Assembly (NCBI GenBank): GCA_030390025.1
Contig: CM059445.1
Span: forward strand, 2,914,001-2,978,000
DNA length: 64,000 bases
Reading direction: 5' to 3'
From: Squalus acanthias
Lineage: Eukaryota
The stretch's first letter is position 1. Each line of letters opens with the position of its first letter. The notes beneath the pieces were generated by a model. The model worked only from the letters and a program-made list of their open reading frames with translations, searched no databases and was not told the origin of the DNA. This document shows, in pieces, positions 49,734-61,358 of this stretch. Made by a program: the position numbers and the translations under genes.

Positions 49734-51459
49734 GTTAGCACAAAAATGTGAAAAGAAATAAAATACATTAAATTTGGCGGAATTTTAATGTAGAGATAGT
49801 TTACTTATTTGTGCAAACTTCCATCCCCTAGCCCCCCAAAATTGGTGTGTTCATCTGCTCTTTGTGTTGCCTGAAAAGAAATAGTAATGCGTAACAATCC
49901 TTCCCAACTCTAACAGAAGTCTGTAACGAGCAGTCCTAGATCTTCTGAATCTTTCAACTATTAACCTTTTCTCTTTTATCTCTCCTCCTATATTCAGAGC
50001 ACACTTTCCCTAGCTGCTCATTACGTGATAAATATGCAAATATTCAATATACAGCTTTGTTTAAAAATGGATTAAAAGGAGAATATACGGAGTGTATATT
50101 TCCCCAAGATGAAAGCCACATACAGTAACAAATGTCAAAATGTAGGAAAAGCTAATGAAAAATTCCCTTTGATGTCTATTTGTAACAAAATCTGTGAAAA
50201 TCTGCTTACTTTGCATTTGCATGGCCTTAAGTCTCAGCCAACTAGAACATGCCACAACACATGGTAGGACTATATGCCAAATTAAGAGCTTCCGCATACG
50301 AGATATGCATCAAGTTAAGAGTCTTTGACAGGTCATTGAGAAATTTGAAAGAAATGCTCCTATATGAGGAATCGCCCAAGGCTGTGCTTCCTGCCACAGT
50401 GGACTACCCACACCATTCATCAGAATGAAAAATTAAAGAATAAAACTAATATTCGTGTGCCTTATCTGACTACAAGCTCTTGAGTACACTCCCAGCATGT
50501 TCCTAACTGGCTGTCTCATTATACAATGACCAAAACCAACAGATATTGTCTTTTCTAAGCAGTGATATTGTTTCTACACAGCCCCAGGCATACCAAGAAA
50601 AGATCTTTTCATTTAATCAGTCCATCATACTCAGCTAAGAGGTAAAGCACCTCCTTAGTTTGAATCTTTGTCAAATATTGTACTGATGCAGTGGGAAGCA
50701 CAACTCGCTACAGAGACACACAGAACTGCTACGTTTTAAATCGAACGTAAAACTATCTCTATTGCTGTATAATAAACAAATTCTTTAACTTTTTTGGGCT
50801 ATATCTCTCTCACACACAGTTTCTGGCTAGACAATCTGAATAAAAGGAATGTATTGAATAACTCAACTTTGGTTTCCATATACTGTATTATAATTTAACT
50901 ATTCATAAGTTGTGTCTCTGTATCAGACAAATGCCCTGCAACATTACTCACTTTATTAGGCATGTTCTGTACAGCTTTAGAAAGTGCAGTCTTTAATCTA
51001 ATATCCAATTTATCAGCCGAATATATTCTTTGATATTATGAGTCTCTGCAGAAACAAACAATGATAGAAACAGCAACAAAACTGAAAACCAAAGGTACTT
51101 TAAAAATGAGGAGTGGATAGATAGAAGGGATTAACTGAAGGAACAAGGATAGGGTTATAGAGTTGTCGCAAAACAGTAGATATACCATCGTTAGGAATAC
51201 TAGAAGACTTTTCCAGCTTCTGAAATGCATACACCTTTTCTTTCCTATACAGTTATACTGTAATTAGATTTAGGTAAATGCACAATTCATATCTGTGGAA
51301 TGGAAACATTGCAACATTACCTACTGTTGTGTTTCTAAAAAGGATTTGTGCAAGGGCCAGGGTGATTCACACACTAACAAACGCAAGAAAATACAGAAGT
51401 GAAATGATTAAGAAATTGTTTCTCTGTAATAAAGTAAAATGTTACAAACGTTATATTCA

Positions 51460-51895
51460 TGAAGCTAAAATCTGCCTCAGCTCCACTGGGTAAGGAGAGG
51501 AGTTAAAAACAACAGCCAGGGTTCCTGCTCAATACTTCTGATGGAAAGTGGGCGTGTGGATGTCGTTAGAAGACTGGATTGGCACAATCACACAAGAATG
51601 GGCAATAAAAAAACCCAGAAAATGCTGGAAATACTCAGCAAGTCAGGCAGCATCTGTGGAGAGAGAAACAGAGTTAACGTTTCAGGTCAATGACCCTTCG
51701 AAGGGTCATCGACCTGAAACGTTAACTCTGTTTCTCTCTCCACAGATGCTGCCTGACCTGCTGAGTATTTGCAGCATTTTCTGTTTTGATTTCAGATTTC
51801 CAGTGTTTTGCGTTTGATGAAGAATGGGCAATGGGTGAGGTGCCTTGGTCCCCAGGAAGGGCCAGCATCTTCAAGGTAAAAGGGAAGAAAGGTTA
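51460..51895 (+). mobile_element. Old AmnSINE2-like SINE, split by the palindromic insert
   Basis: gcctcagctccactgggtaaggagagg...cagccagggttcctgctc...gtgtggatgtc before the insert and aagaatgggcaatgggtgagg after it. Confidence 0.55.
51607..51819. mobile_element. Spacerless palindromic Penelope-type element
   Basis: 84-bp arms 51616-51699 / 51700-51783 with 3 mismatches; perfect 13-bp TSD aagaatgggcaat (51594-51606 and 51820-51832). Confidence 0.85.
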
Positions 51896-52837
51896 AGCCA
51901 GTGTCCCACAGTCCACGATAGGTAGGCCTGCTGATTTCAGGGTTTACTTTTTTCTAGAATCAGCCGTGAGGAAATATATGCTAACTAGGGTCAAAATCAA
52001 ACCAACGGTTCGTAATCAGAAAACTTTTGAGTTTAATTGGGAACTCTCAGCAATTCAAGTATCAGTGCACTGAATGCGAGAGCCAGCTTTCAACTGAATC
52101 AGTGAGCAGGAATCCATTTTTTTACAAAGCAAAGAGAGATGCAGAGACTCACCCCATTCATTTACAGCAAGGGAGGGACAGAGTACTTAGCTTAATACTG
52201 AAGACCTTTGTGCATTGGGGTTTTGGAATTCTTCTGGGGCGTAATTGAAACCGTCAAAAGGTCTAACAATGATGTGCAGAAATCAATTAACAAGCTGTTG
52301 GAATGAGAAGCCGGATGGGCTATGGGAGGGAACAAAACTATTTCATCCAGGGCCTGACAGAGTTTAATCGTAAACTTGCAGGAACATTCACCCAGTGTAA
52401 CTGTACTCGACCAGTTCCCTCACTTTTGATTCAGGCTCACAGCTCTCACTTACACTCCCTGTGCCTCATAGCAGAAGCATTTCTACAGATCCTCAATGCA
52501 ATGATTTGGAACTCTGCAGCAAGTAGTTACTTGATATGAGATACAATAGTTGTTTGAGAAGCAGAGCGGAAACTGCTGAAGCAGGAATGTTTATCATCAA
52601 ATGTGATTGTGGCAATAACACATAGCCCACTCAACAATGTCCAGCGATTGAACTGAAAAGAGGGTCAGGCTGTGTGCTGAGAAAGCAGTCTGGGATCGCT
52701 GCTAAATATCAGAGTGCACCACTGCAGAGTGAGAGTATGTGAATTTGCACTTGTGACCCCCACGTGGCAAATCCCCAATCAGTCAGTGCTCAAGACAGAT
52801 CGAGAATGCAGGATAGGCACTTCCACATAAACACCTT

Positions 52838-53577
52838 GGGCCGAAAATTGATCCCGGGACGCGAGAGTACGCACTGCGTACTCTCGCGTATTCCCACTCC
52901 AATTGCCGGCTTTCTGCATGCCCTGCGCATGCGCTGAAAACCGGCAATTGCTCTTCTGAAAAGGGGGCGGGGCCTGGGTGCATCGCGTGCGTGCTACAGG
53001 CTGCGCGCACGCTGTGCACTTCATGCTTTGGACGCGCAGGTAAGTAGGGAAGATTTTGGAAATGTAAAAAGGAGTAAGACCCGCTTTTAAGAAGGTAAGT
53101 AGTGAATTAAGTATTTTTTTGAATTTTTTTTTACAGGTATATCTTTTTTATAGACTTTAAAGACAGGTAAGTTTATTTTTATAACTTTTTAAAAGATTTT
53201 AAATTTTTTCAAAAATTTAATTTTTTATTTAAAATGGTTAATTTAATTAACTATACTTATTTTATTAATGTGATGGTTTTTTTTTAAATTTAATTGAGGT
53301 TTAGCTGTTATTTTGGGGGGGTGTAAGATTCATAGATTTCACAGCCATGCTGTGAGACTTATGAATGGAAGATGGTGTGCTGCCATTGGCTCTAACTGAG
53401 TCACGTGATCCCACAGCTCGCACGAATTCACTACGCCGCTGGGATACGCAAGCACTGCCCAGCTGATGTCTGGAACATCAAGTTCGTGCGAGCTGGATCT
53501 GAAAAAGCATAAGCGAGGTGAGACATCGCGGGGAAGGCTTACCCCCGCGGGAACAGAGCGAGATCAATTTCTGGGCC
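52838..53577. mobile_element. Complete Harbinger-type MITE with CpG-rich ends and AT-rich centre
   Basis: TIRs GGGCCGAAAATTGATC / GATCAATTTCTGGGCC; 3-bp TSD CTT (52835-52837 and 53578-53580). Confidence 0.78.
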
Positions 53578-56500
53578 CTTTAGTCTTAATAGCAGCTGTA
53601 ATGGAAGATATGAATTCAACAGAACAACTCCATAAAAATGAAAATAACTTATTTAAAAAAAAAGTTTAGGCATTTCTTTAAGGCTGCGACTCAAGGTTCA
53701 GATAGCAGTTTGAACACAGTTTACAGTGTGATGCAGCTTCATAACACAAACTGTTTCAGAAACACTGTACAAACACAACTGGGTTCTGATACCAGGCGAT
53801 TGAGAGTTCAAACAAAAGAAAAGTGATCTTCTTTTATTTATTACTTGTAGAGTCCAACTTAGTGTTTAAAAGATACAGAATGAGACTGACTCAGGCCAGT
53901 TAACAGAGGGGTTTTAGTACCTCGCACAGAAAGACATTCACATATTCCACCAAATGAAAACTAGTTCTGAACTAATCAATAATATTCACTAAATATTCAA
54001 TTTCTAAATATCATACAAAGGCCATGCCTAGTTACAAACATCCTACAAAGGAGCAGCCAAAGGAGTTATTCAAAGTCCCTGTATTTTGTCATTCGTTCCC
54101 CACATTTTTACTGTGCTGCGGAGCCAGTCAGCAATTTGAAATTTGTTTTGGCTTCAAGTTTTCCAATCTAAAAGAAATCTTAAGAGAACGTTTTATTGTG
54201 CATTTCTAGCAAGGCAAAGGTAGGCCCTGGATAGTCATTTCAATTATTTCTGATTACAAAACAGTGAAAGATGGAGACAAAACAGGGCTCCAAATAGGCA
54301 AAGACGTTTGCTAAACTGAAACCACTTTTTAAGTGATCGTTTTGGCACCATTCCAGTGTTTGCTGGCACATATCTAGTCCTAGGTTTTCTGTTGGCCAGT
54401 AATGATCCCACTTTGCCAAGAAAAGGCATTTCAAGGTTGTTATCCATACTGGAGGTGATACCTGACTGTCCATTTAAGTGGACTTTGTTAATTGGCAGGC
54501 AGATAACTGAATTGCTGGAAGATTGGCACGTCATCAGTTGGAAGAGAAGCAGAAATAGAAAGCCTTCAGCATCACACCACTTTCATATTTTATCCTCGTG
54601 AATGCAACTGGGTCACAGGCTTCAGTCAAGTATTTCCCTGGCAACTTTTTACAGTGTCTTTTTATTGCAAGAGTCGATTTTTACTTGGCCCTGGTTTCAC
54701 CAGTGGACTAGATGATCCCTTCTCTCCTTTAACTCTGCAGTATTCAGTTTCAGGAGTTCACACACATGAATACTGCAATGATTGAAATATTAAATGAGCT
54801 TACTGTCAGAGTGGCAGAGGCAGGAACATGTGATAAACTCAATGCCACCAGCAGCAGGCAAAATCTCAGCTATTATGTTTAACAAATTAGACTTTTTGTT
54901 TAAAATTTAGTGATTAGCATATTATAAAAGGTCTTGGTTTCCTCAGATAGAAATAAAGATATTAGCATAACTGTCATATCAAATCATGCTTTCTTCTCTC
55001 CACTATGAATTCACTTTAGATTCAACACAAACACGGAGTAAACTAAACAATAGATTCAATAACTATAAATACTCGGCAGGACATTAATCCCCTTTTACAC
55101 TAACAACTATTCAGATCACAATGATTCCCAAATGAATCCAATCCTATGTTTATGCTACACCGTTGTCCTGAACTTAGGGTCACAGTGGGGGAGAAATAAT
55201 CATGCTCCACAGACTCGTGCTTCCTGTTGACTGATCACAGAGTGACACTGACAGCAACTATGGAGAAGTGCCTGACCCACACTACGCTCCCTGCAAGAGT
55301 AAGTGCAGCAGCAGGCAGGACTTAAAGAGCACGGATTTTTTTGGAGAGGGGGGGGGGGGGGCACATAAATGAAAAGCCGAATCAAAATTCTAGCTGCGAG
55401 CTGTTGTCAATACAGGAGATGAACGGCTATGGCCTTTGTTTTGCTCTTCAAACATCTTCTGCCTCCTTTCATAGCTCCGTGCACATTATTGTGCATGCAG
55501 GCTCAGAAAGTGGCTGTGGTCTCCATTACAATTCTGCCTGCCTTTTCATGTGCAATTCTTCACACTGTCAATCTGCGCTCTCTGCCAAATACCTGAATTA
55601 GCATTTTAATTGATGTTGCTCTCTAGTGATTTTCCCTCAACGATGGATCCGAAACTGAATATGAAACTTATAATCGATGCCTTTATCAATCCGCTGCAGT
55701 AGTCTTCAAAGAGAAAGCTTTTAAATGGAAATAAGGTAAAATATGCACAATGTTTATTCCAATACACAATAAAAAAGTGTGATAGATCATGTTTTCAAAT
55801 TCTATGCGCAGGTCACAAATAGTCCTTTTGCACAACCCTGATGAATTACTGCAATTGTTTCCACATATATGAAATCAAACAAAATATACAGAGGTTTTAG
55901 ATTGAAATTATGAGAAATAAATTGCAAAATCTGCTTTTGAACACAACATAAATGTTTTAAATGTTACAATTTCAATGTGGTACACAACAGTTAATGGCAT
56001 GGCTTGAGTGTGCCTTATAGCTAACTAAACTTGTCAGTTCTACAGAGATCTCTGACCTTTCTGGTTTCATGTTCAGCTTAGCATGCCTGCAGTAGCCCAA
56101 TAGCTAATAATGTCAGATCTGAACTTTATAATCAAATATTCGATTTATTCATTAATATGAGAAACTACACACAAAAAAGGCAATCTCATTTTCAGCAAAC
56201 ATTCAATACTTATATAAAAGATAAAGACTATCTACATGCTATTCTTTTGTTAGTGGCATGAGCAAGCTTACTCAGGTTGCAATACTACATTGTTCATTTA
56301 CTAGACATTCTCATGTAAATACTTGCAGAATTTCCTTCACAAAAACATTTTTGGAATTTCATGCAAAAATCTTATAATTGCATCAAGATGTAAGAGGTTT
56401 GTGAGGGTTTGTCAAGACAATGAGAGAACAACCTATTTTGTAAATTATGATTTGTAAAATAAAGCTATGACAGCAAAATCTCACACACAATTTACAAAAC

Positions 56501-56794
56501 AAACAGTACTAACAAGCTTGTCCTTTATACTAATGTTTTACATATTCAAGTAGAGATTTTAAGATTGTTTTACATTTGTAACAAAGTGTGGTGCGACAGA
56601 TGCATACTTAGATGCAGTTTTATTTATATATATTATTGGATATCCCACGGCATCATGTAAAAGAGTTTCCCCATCAGTGACTTGGGGAAAAGTGCATTAT
56701 TTAAGCTATTACTGCATACTTAACTGAAACATATCACCAGATCAACGCTGGGGAATCTTAACATAATTCCCCAGGAATGGGGAAAACAGGATTG

Positions 56795-57140
56795 GGCCAG
56801 ATTTTGCTGTGGTAGGGCATCTAATGGCATCTGGCATTAGTTAGACTTGCCCTTGCATGGCAAGTTGCTGAAAGTGCGAGCTGATAACGTCGCAGTGAGG
56901 GAAACAGGGCATCTGGGACCTGAGTGAACAGGGCAACCAACTGTGTATCACCTTAACCAAAGAGACTGAAGGATTGAGAAATAAACAGAGCAGGAAGGAC
57001 TGAGAAGGAAGTGTACATTAGACTGGGTGAATTCAATGTCAAATCAGCTACAGAAAGAGAAATAAAGAGAGGGAAAGAAAGATTGGATTAGGAGAGAGAG
57101 AGAGAAAAGAGACAGAAAGGAAAAGTAATTTATAAAAAGT
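56795..57140. mobile_element. Probable Harbinger-type element, one end
   Basis: Starts gggccagattttgc like the other TIRs; runs into a purine-rich tract; no partner end seen. Confidence 0.45.
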
Positions 57141-57347
57141 CAATACTGCAGTGGTTTTAGTCAGATAGCTAAGAAACAGTGCCACCTAAGTTGGAGGACA
57201 CAACCAGAGGTAAGTAAAATTAATGGGTAAGTTTAATTGTGACAGACGTGATAGAAATCGGTGTGACAGAAAGTAAGTGTGACACTTACAGGAAGTGTGT
57301 ACATACACAGGACTTTAATATAGTATTGGTTGACCACCTGTGGTGTT

Positions 57348-57660
57348 ACAACAACAACTTGCATTTATACAGCACCTTTAACGTAGTAAAACGTCCCAAG
57401 GCAATTCACAGGAGCATTATCAGACAAAATTTGACACCGAGCCACATAGAGGTATTAGGACAGGTGACCAAAAGCTTGATCAAAGAGGTAGGTTTTAAGA
57501 AGCAACTTAAAAGGAGGAGAGAGAGATAGAGAGGTGGAGAGGTTTAGTGAGGGATTTCCAGGTAGGGTCTCGGCAGCTGAAGGCACGGCCACCAATGGTG
57601 GAATGAAGGAAATCAGGGGTGCGCAAGAGGCCAGAATTAGAGGAGCGCAGGGAGCCAATA
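57348..57660 (-). mobile_element. L2-clade LINE 3' end
   Basis: Minus strand encodes STIGGRAFSCRDPTWKSLTKPLHLS..SF / LLKTYLFDQAF; 3' tail aacaacaacttgcatttatacagcacc resembles the Deu-SINE tail. Confidence 0.8.
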
Positions 57661-59279
57661 CCAAGTGTAGTCTTCAGGTGCCGCAGAGTTAGAGGGAGAT
57701 TGGACCAGTGGTTCAGTCCCCATTTTAAAGTCATACATCCTGTCCTTATTTTTTTTTTTTATAATACATTGATTTTATATTATTTATAGTCAAATAGCAA
57801 AACTTGAAGCATAGAAGTACAGTTGGTTGGAGCATAGGAGTCTCACCACAGTACAAGCTGAGGAGCTGGGAGATGCAAAATTGAGGAAGCGTTTTTGAAA
57901 ATGTCATAGCAGCAAGGCAAGGAGGCAAAGCTGGGAGGTGAGCCGAAGAAAGGGGAAACTTAAACCAGGAGTGAACCCAGAGGCAAAACCCAAAGAGCAA
58001 CAGGACCACACTTTTTTGAGCAACTCAGATAGCAGGTACTTCAATATGTATGTAAAAAAAAGTGGTTTTTGAGTTGAGGGGAAGACAGAGAGAAGAATGG
58101 GGCCAGATGTTTTTTTTTTTAAGATGCCAGAGACTTACAGGGGGAGCAGGGCCAGAGTCTGACCTGGGCAGCCAGAGGCACAGCAACTGGACAAGAACCA
58201 CCTGCAGTGCACATTCCAGCAAAAAGAGGAGCAGTGTATGTTTCAATGTTACATTTTTTTTTTAATGGTTTAGTTTGCTGGCACCAGGGGGAAAGCAGAA
58301 GTTTACCACTGAATTTTATGGGAGGCAAGCGAGGGGGTACAATAGCACCACTTAGTGGCGGGAGTTCTGCAATTACAGCATGACAGGCAAGTGTCTACAT
58401 GGGAATTTCAAATGATAAATTTTGACATAAAAGTGTGATTAAAATAGCTCAACACAGACACGGTCAATATGGACAGGAAGTGCACGTCATATGCAAGACT
58501 TAATATACTAGAGAAGGATGGATAGATACAGGTAGCCCCATAGAGATATATGCAGCTGCTGATAAGAGTTGTCATTCTATTCCAATCATGCTTCTAATTT
58601 CCTCCACACACCATAGATCACACAATTTTAACATATTTTGTTTGACTTGCATATTGTACATTTGTTACATTTCTGTGCAAGCTGCCACTTTTCACATTTC
58701 CCTCCCATGTGTGATATTTGATGGATGATGCTTTTACTTTCTCTTAATGTTGCTGTGCTGTAAGTATTTCAGGTTCATTTCTGTATAATGCATTACCTTT
58801 CTACTAAGATTAACTTTTTTGAAAAAAGTTCAGACTCGAAATTTGAGAGAAAATGAATTCACTCAGAAATGTTTCCAGTTAGTACAGGCAACAAGTGACT
58901 AGACAATAACAGAACCAATCTGAGAAACACAATCCACAGCTAATATGAAAGGCAGTCATCATACTTCCACAGCAAAACGTTTAAGATAAAGTAACTCTTA
59001 GCCATTGAGAAGTTGTAACTAAAAGTTTAACTAAATAAATCAAAATTTAACTAAATAAAAACTCAAGACCAATTAACATTTTTAAAATGGTCAAGACTGG
59101 GACTCAATCTGTGAATAAGCCCCATCAGAGGCGTCAGCTGCCATGAGTAGCAGTACTGGAGATCAACCAAATCCAAAGTGAAGAACCCAGTTACAGCTTC
59201 ACACTCACTACATGTAACTACAACCAGGGTGCAGTTAAGTTTTTACATTTAAAATTTAAAAAGATCCGATGTGGACCAA

Positions 59280-59722
59280 AAAGAAAGAATTTGTACTGTA
59301 GTGCCTTTCATAACCTCAGGATGTCCCAAAGCACTTTACAACCAATGAAGTTGTTTTGAAGCATCACTGTTGTAATGTAGGAAACGTGGCAGCCAAATTG
59401 CACACAGAAAGGTCCCACAAACAGCAACGTGATAATGACCAGATAATCTGTTTTAGGGATGTTGGCTGAGGGATAAATATTGGACCGGACTCCCCAGCTC
59501 TTATTCAAAACAGTGCCATGGGATCTTTTGGGTCCACCTGAGGGGGCAGACAGTGCCTCGGTTTAACTACTCATTCGAAAGACGGCACCTCCGACAGTGC
59601 AGCACTCCCTCAGTACTGAGCTGGGAGTGTCCGCCTGGATTATGTGCCCAAGTCGCTGGAGTGGGACTTGAACCCACAACCCTCTGACTCAGATGAGAGA
59701 GTGCTACCCACTGAGCCAAGGA
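59280..59722 (-). mobile_element. Deu-SINE (SacSINE1-like), near full length
   Basis: Same sequence as 46336-46803 with A and B boxes. Confidence 0.88.
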
Positions 59723-60339
59723 CATGACCACTGTTATGTCTTTAGGAAAGTCTGTACTAACATTATAATTTCACCAGCATTTCAACACCTGCTTTCCCTC
59801 TATAGAGTTATGCAGTGTCAGCAATATAACTAAAAGCAGGCACTGCTCTTAAACAGTATCTGCACCTTTACTGCAGCGATAACTCACTCAACAAGCAGTC
59901 ATTCATCCTCTTAGCCGACAGTAGAACTATCAAAGAGACAGTTTTTTGTGCCTGTAATTTTATGTCTCTTGAATCGCAAGTCTTAAAAACAAAAGTAACA
60001 GATTGTGTAATACCAGCTTCAGATCATCTGCTGGTCTCATTTTGCAGGCTCATTGCCTCAACTTGGAGTCCAAGGAATTTTGTCTTTCTCTGAATTTCAA
60101 GCTTTTGAAGGTTTCTGCCAATAACAGCATTTTAATACCACAATGGGATCTTCTTTCCTAGGCTAACATTGTACAGCAAATCTCTATTGGAGTAGAAGGC
60201 TTCTTCAATACAAATGTTAATAATCACCTCACTATCTGCTCCTTTCTACAATCTATCTGCCAGCTGAAGGATGCACAACTTATTTGCCAAAGTACTGAAT
60301 CACTATTTCCTGGATCCTCTACCTCATCAGTGTTCTCTC

Positions 60340-60990
60340 CCTCATCATGCTGAAGGTCTCATCCAGTGGTGGCTCCATGTGTTGTCCCCATTGCAGAGCA
60401 AAGTAATGCAGCACTCAGCAAACCACCAACATATGGGACATTCTTTCTGGGCTGTATTGCAGGAAGCCCCCAGAGCTGCCCAGGCAGTGGAATCGTTGCT
60501 TATGGACTCGAAGAGGGTCCTCGTTGACCCATGGATCTGACTGTAGTGTAATCCGGCCACCGAGCAGAGTTATCAGAGAGGACTCATGAGCCACATGTGC
60601 AAGGGATAGCCCTTCTCCCCAATCAGCCAGCCTCTCACTTGCTGTGCAGGGGCAAAGAGTGGGGCGATGGAGAAGTGCCGCAAGATAAGAGTCATGGCAG
60701 CTGCCAGGAAAGTGGGCACAGACCTATATGATGCACTGCTGGTGGTCACACGCCAGTTGCACATTAATCAATTCAAAGCACTTGCGATTCATGAAGCAGT
60801 GGGGTTGTCTGAAGGAGACCGTAGGGTGGCCACGGGTGCAGTCAATGAGGCCCTGGACTTGGGGAAAGCCTGCAATCTGGGCAAACCCCAGAGCCCCGTC
60901 CTGCTGCTTCCAGTTGTCCATGGGGAAAGTGATGAAAGTGTTTGCTTTAGCAAACCTGACATCAATCACCCGTGGCATTGCTCATGTCTA
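60340..60990 (-). pseudogene. PIF/Harbinger (HARBI1-like, DDE_Tnp_4) transposase remnant
   Basis: Across frames: FAQIAGFPQVQGLIDCT, FMNRKCFELINVQLACD, FPGSCHDS, LIGEKGYPLHMWLMSPL, HGSTRTLFE, SGGFLQYSPER..VVC*VLH; frameshifts and stops. Confidence 0.88.
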
Positions 60991-61139
60991 GTTCTGGACC
61001 TGAAGTGTGGTTTCTCACACTTGCCTTTTGGCGTTACTGCAGATTCACTGAAGCAATATATCACACAACTGACTAGGTAAAAATATTCCATACATTACTG
61101 ATGATAAAAGAAGGCGGCCTCAAAACGATACATTTATTA

Positions 61140-61358
61140 CATTGGAAATACTCAGCAGGTCAGGCAGCATCTGTGGAGAGAGAAACAGAGTTAACGTTTC
61201 AAGTCGATGACCCTTCGTCAGAACTGACGAAGGGTCATCGACCTGAAACATTAACTCTGTTTCTCTCTCTCTCTCCACAGATGTTGCCTGACCTGCTGAG
61301 TATTTCCAGCATTTTCTGTTTTTATTTCAGACTTCCAGCATCCGCAATATTTTGCTTT
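61140..61358. mobile_element. Palindromic Penelope-type element with two back-to-back hammerhead cores
   Basis: Arms 61143-61221 and 61224-61308, 2-nt spacer; TSD tacatttatta (61129-61139 and 61359-61369). Confidence 0.85.
61189..61225 (-). ncRNA. Minimal type I hammerhead ribozyme motif
   Basis: Minus strand AGTT-CTGACGA-A-GGGTC-ATC-GACTT-GAAA-CGTT-AACT; stem II closes with two G-U pairs. Confidence 0.6.

Noticed and set aside
51607-51819. miRNA precursor or classic DNA MITE
   Set aside because: Multi-copy repeat with 13-bp TSD and near-perfect arms; fits a Penelope-type retro-insert better
60340-60990. Domesticated HARBI1 host gene
   Set aside because: Frameshifts, in-frame stops and GDKGY changed to GEKGY; a dead transposase
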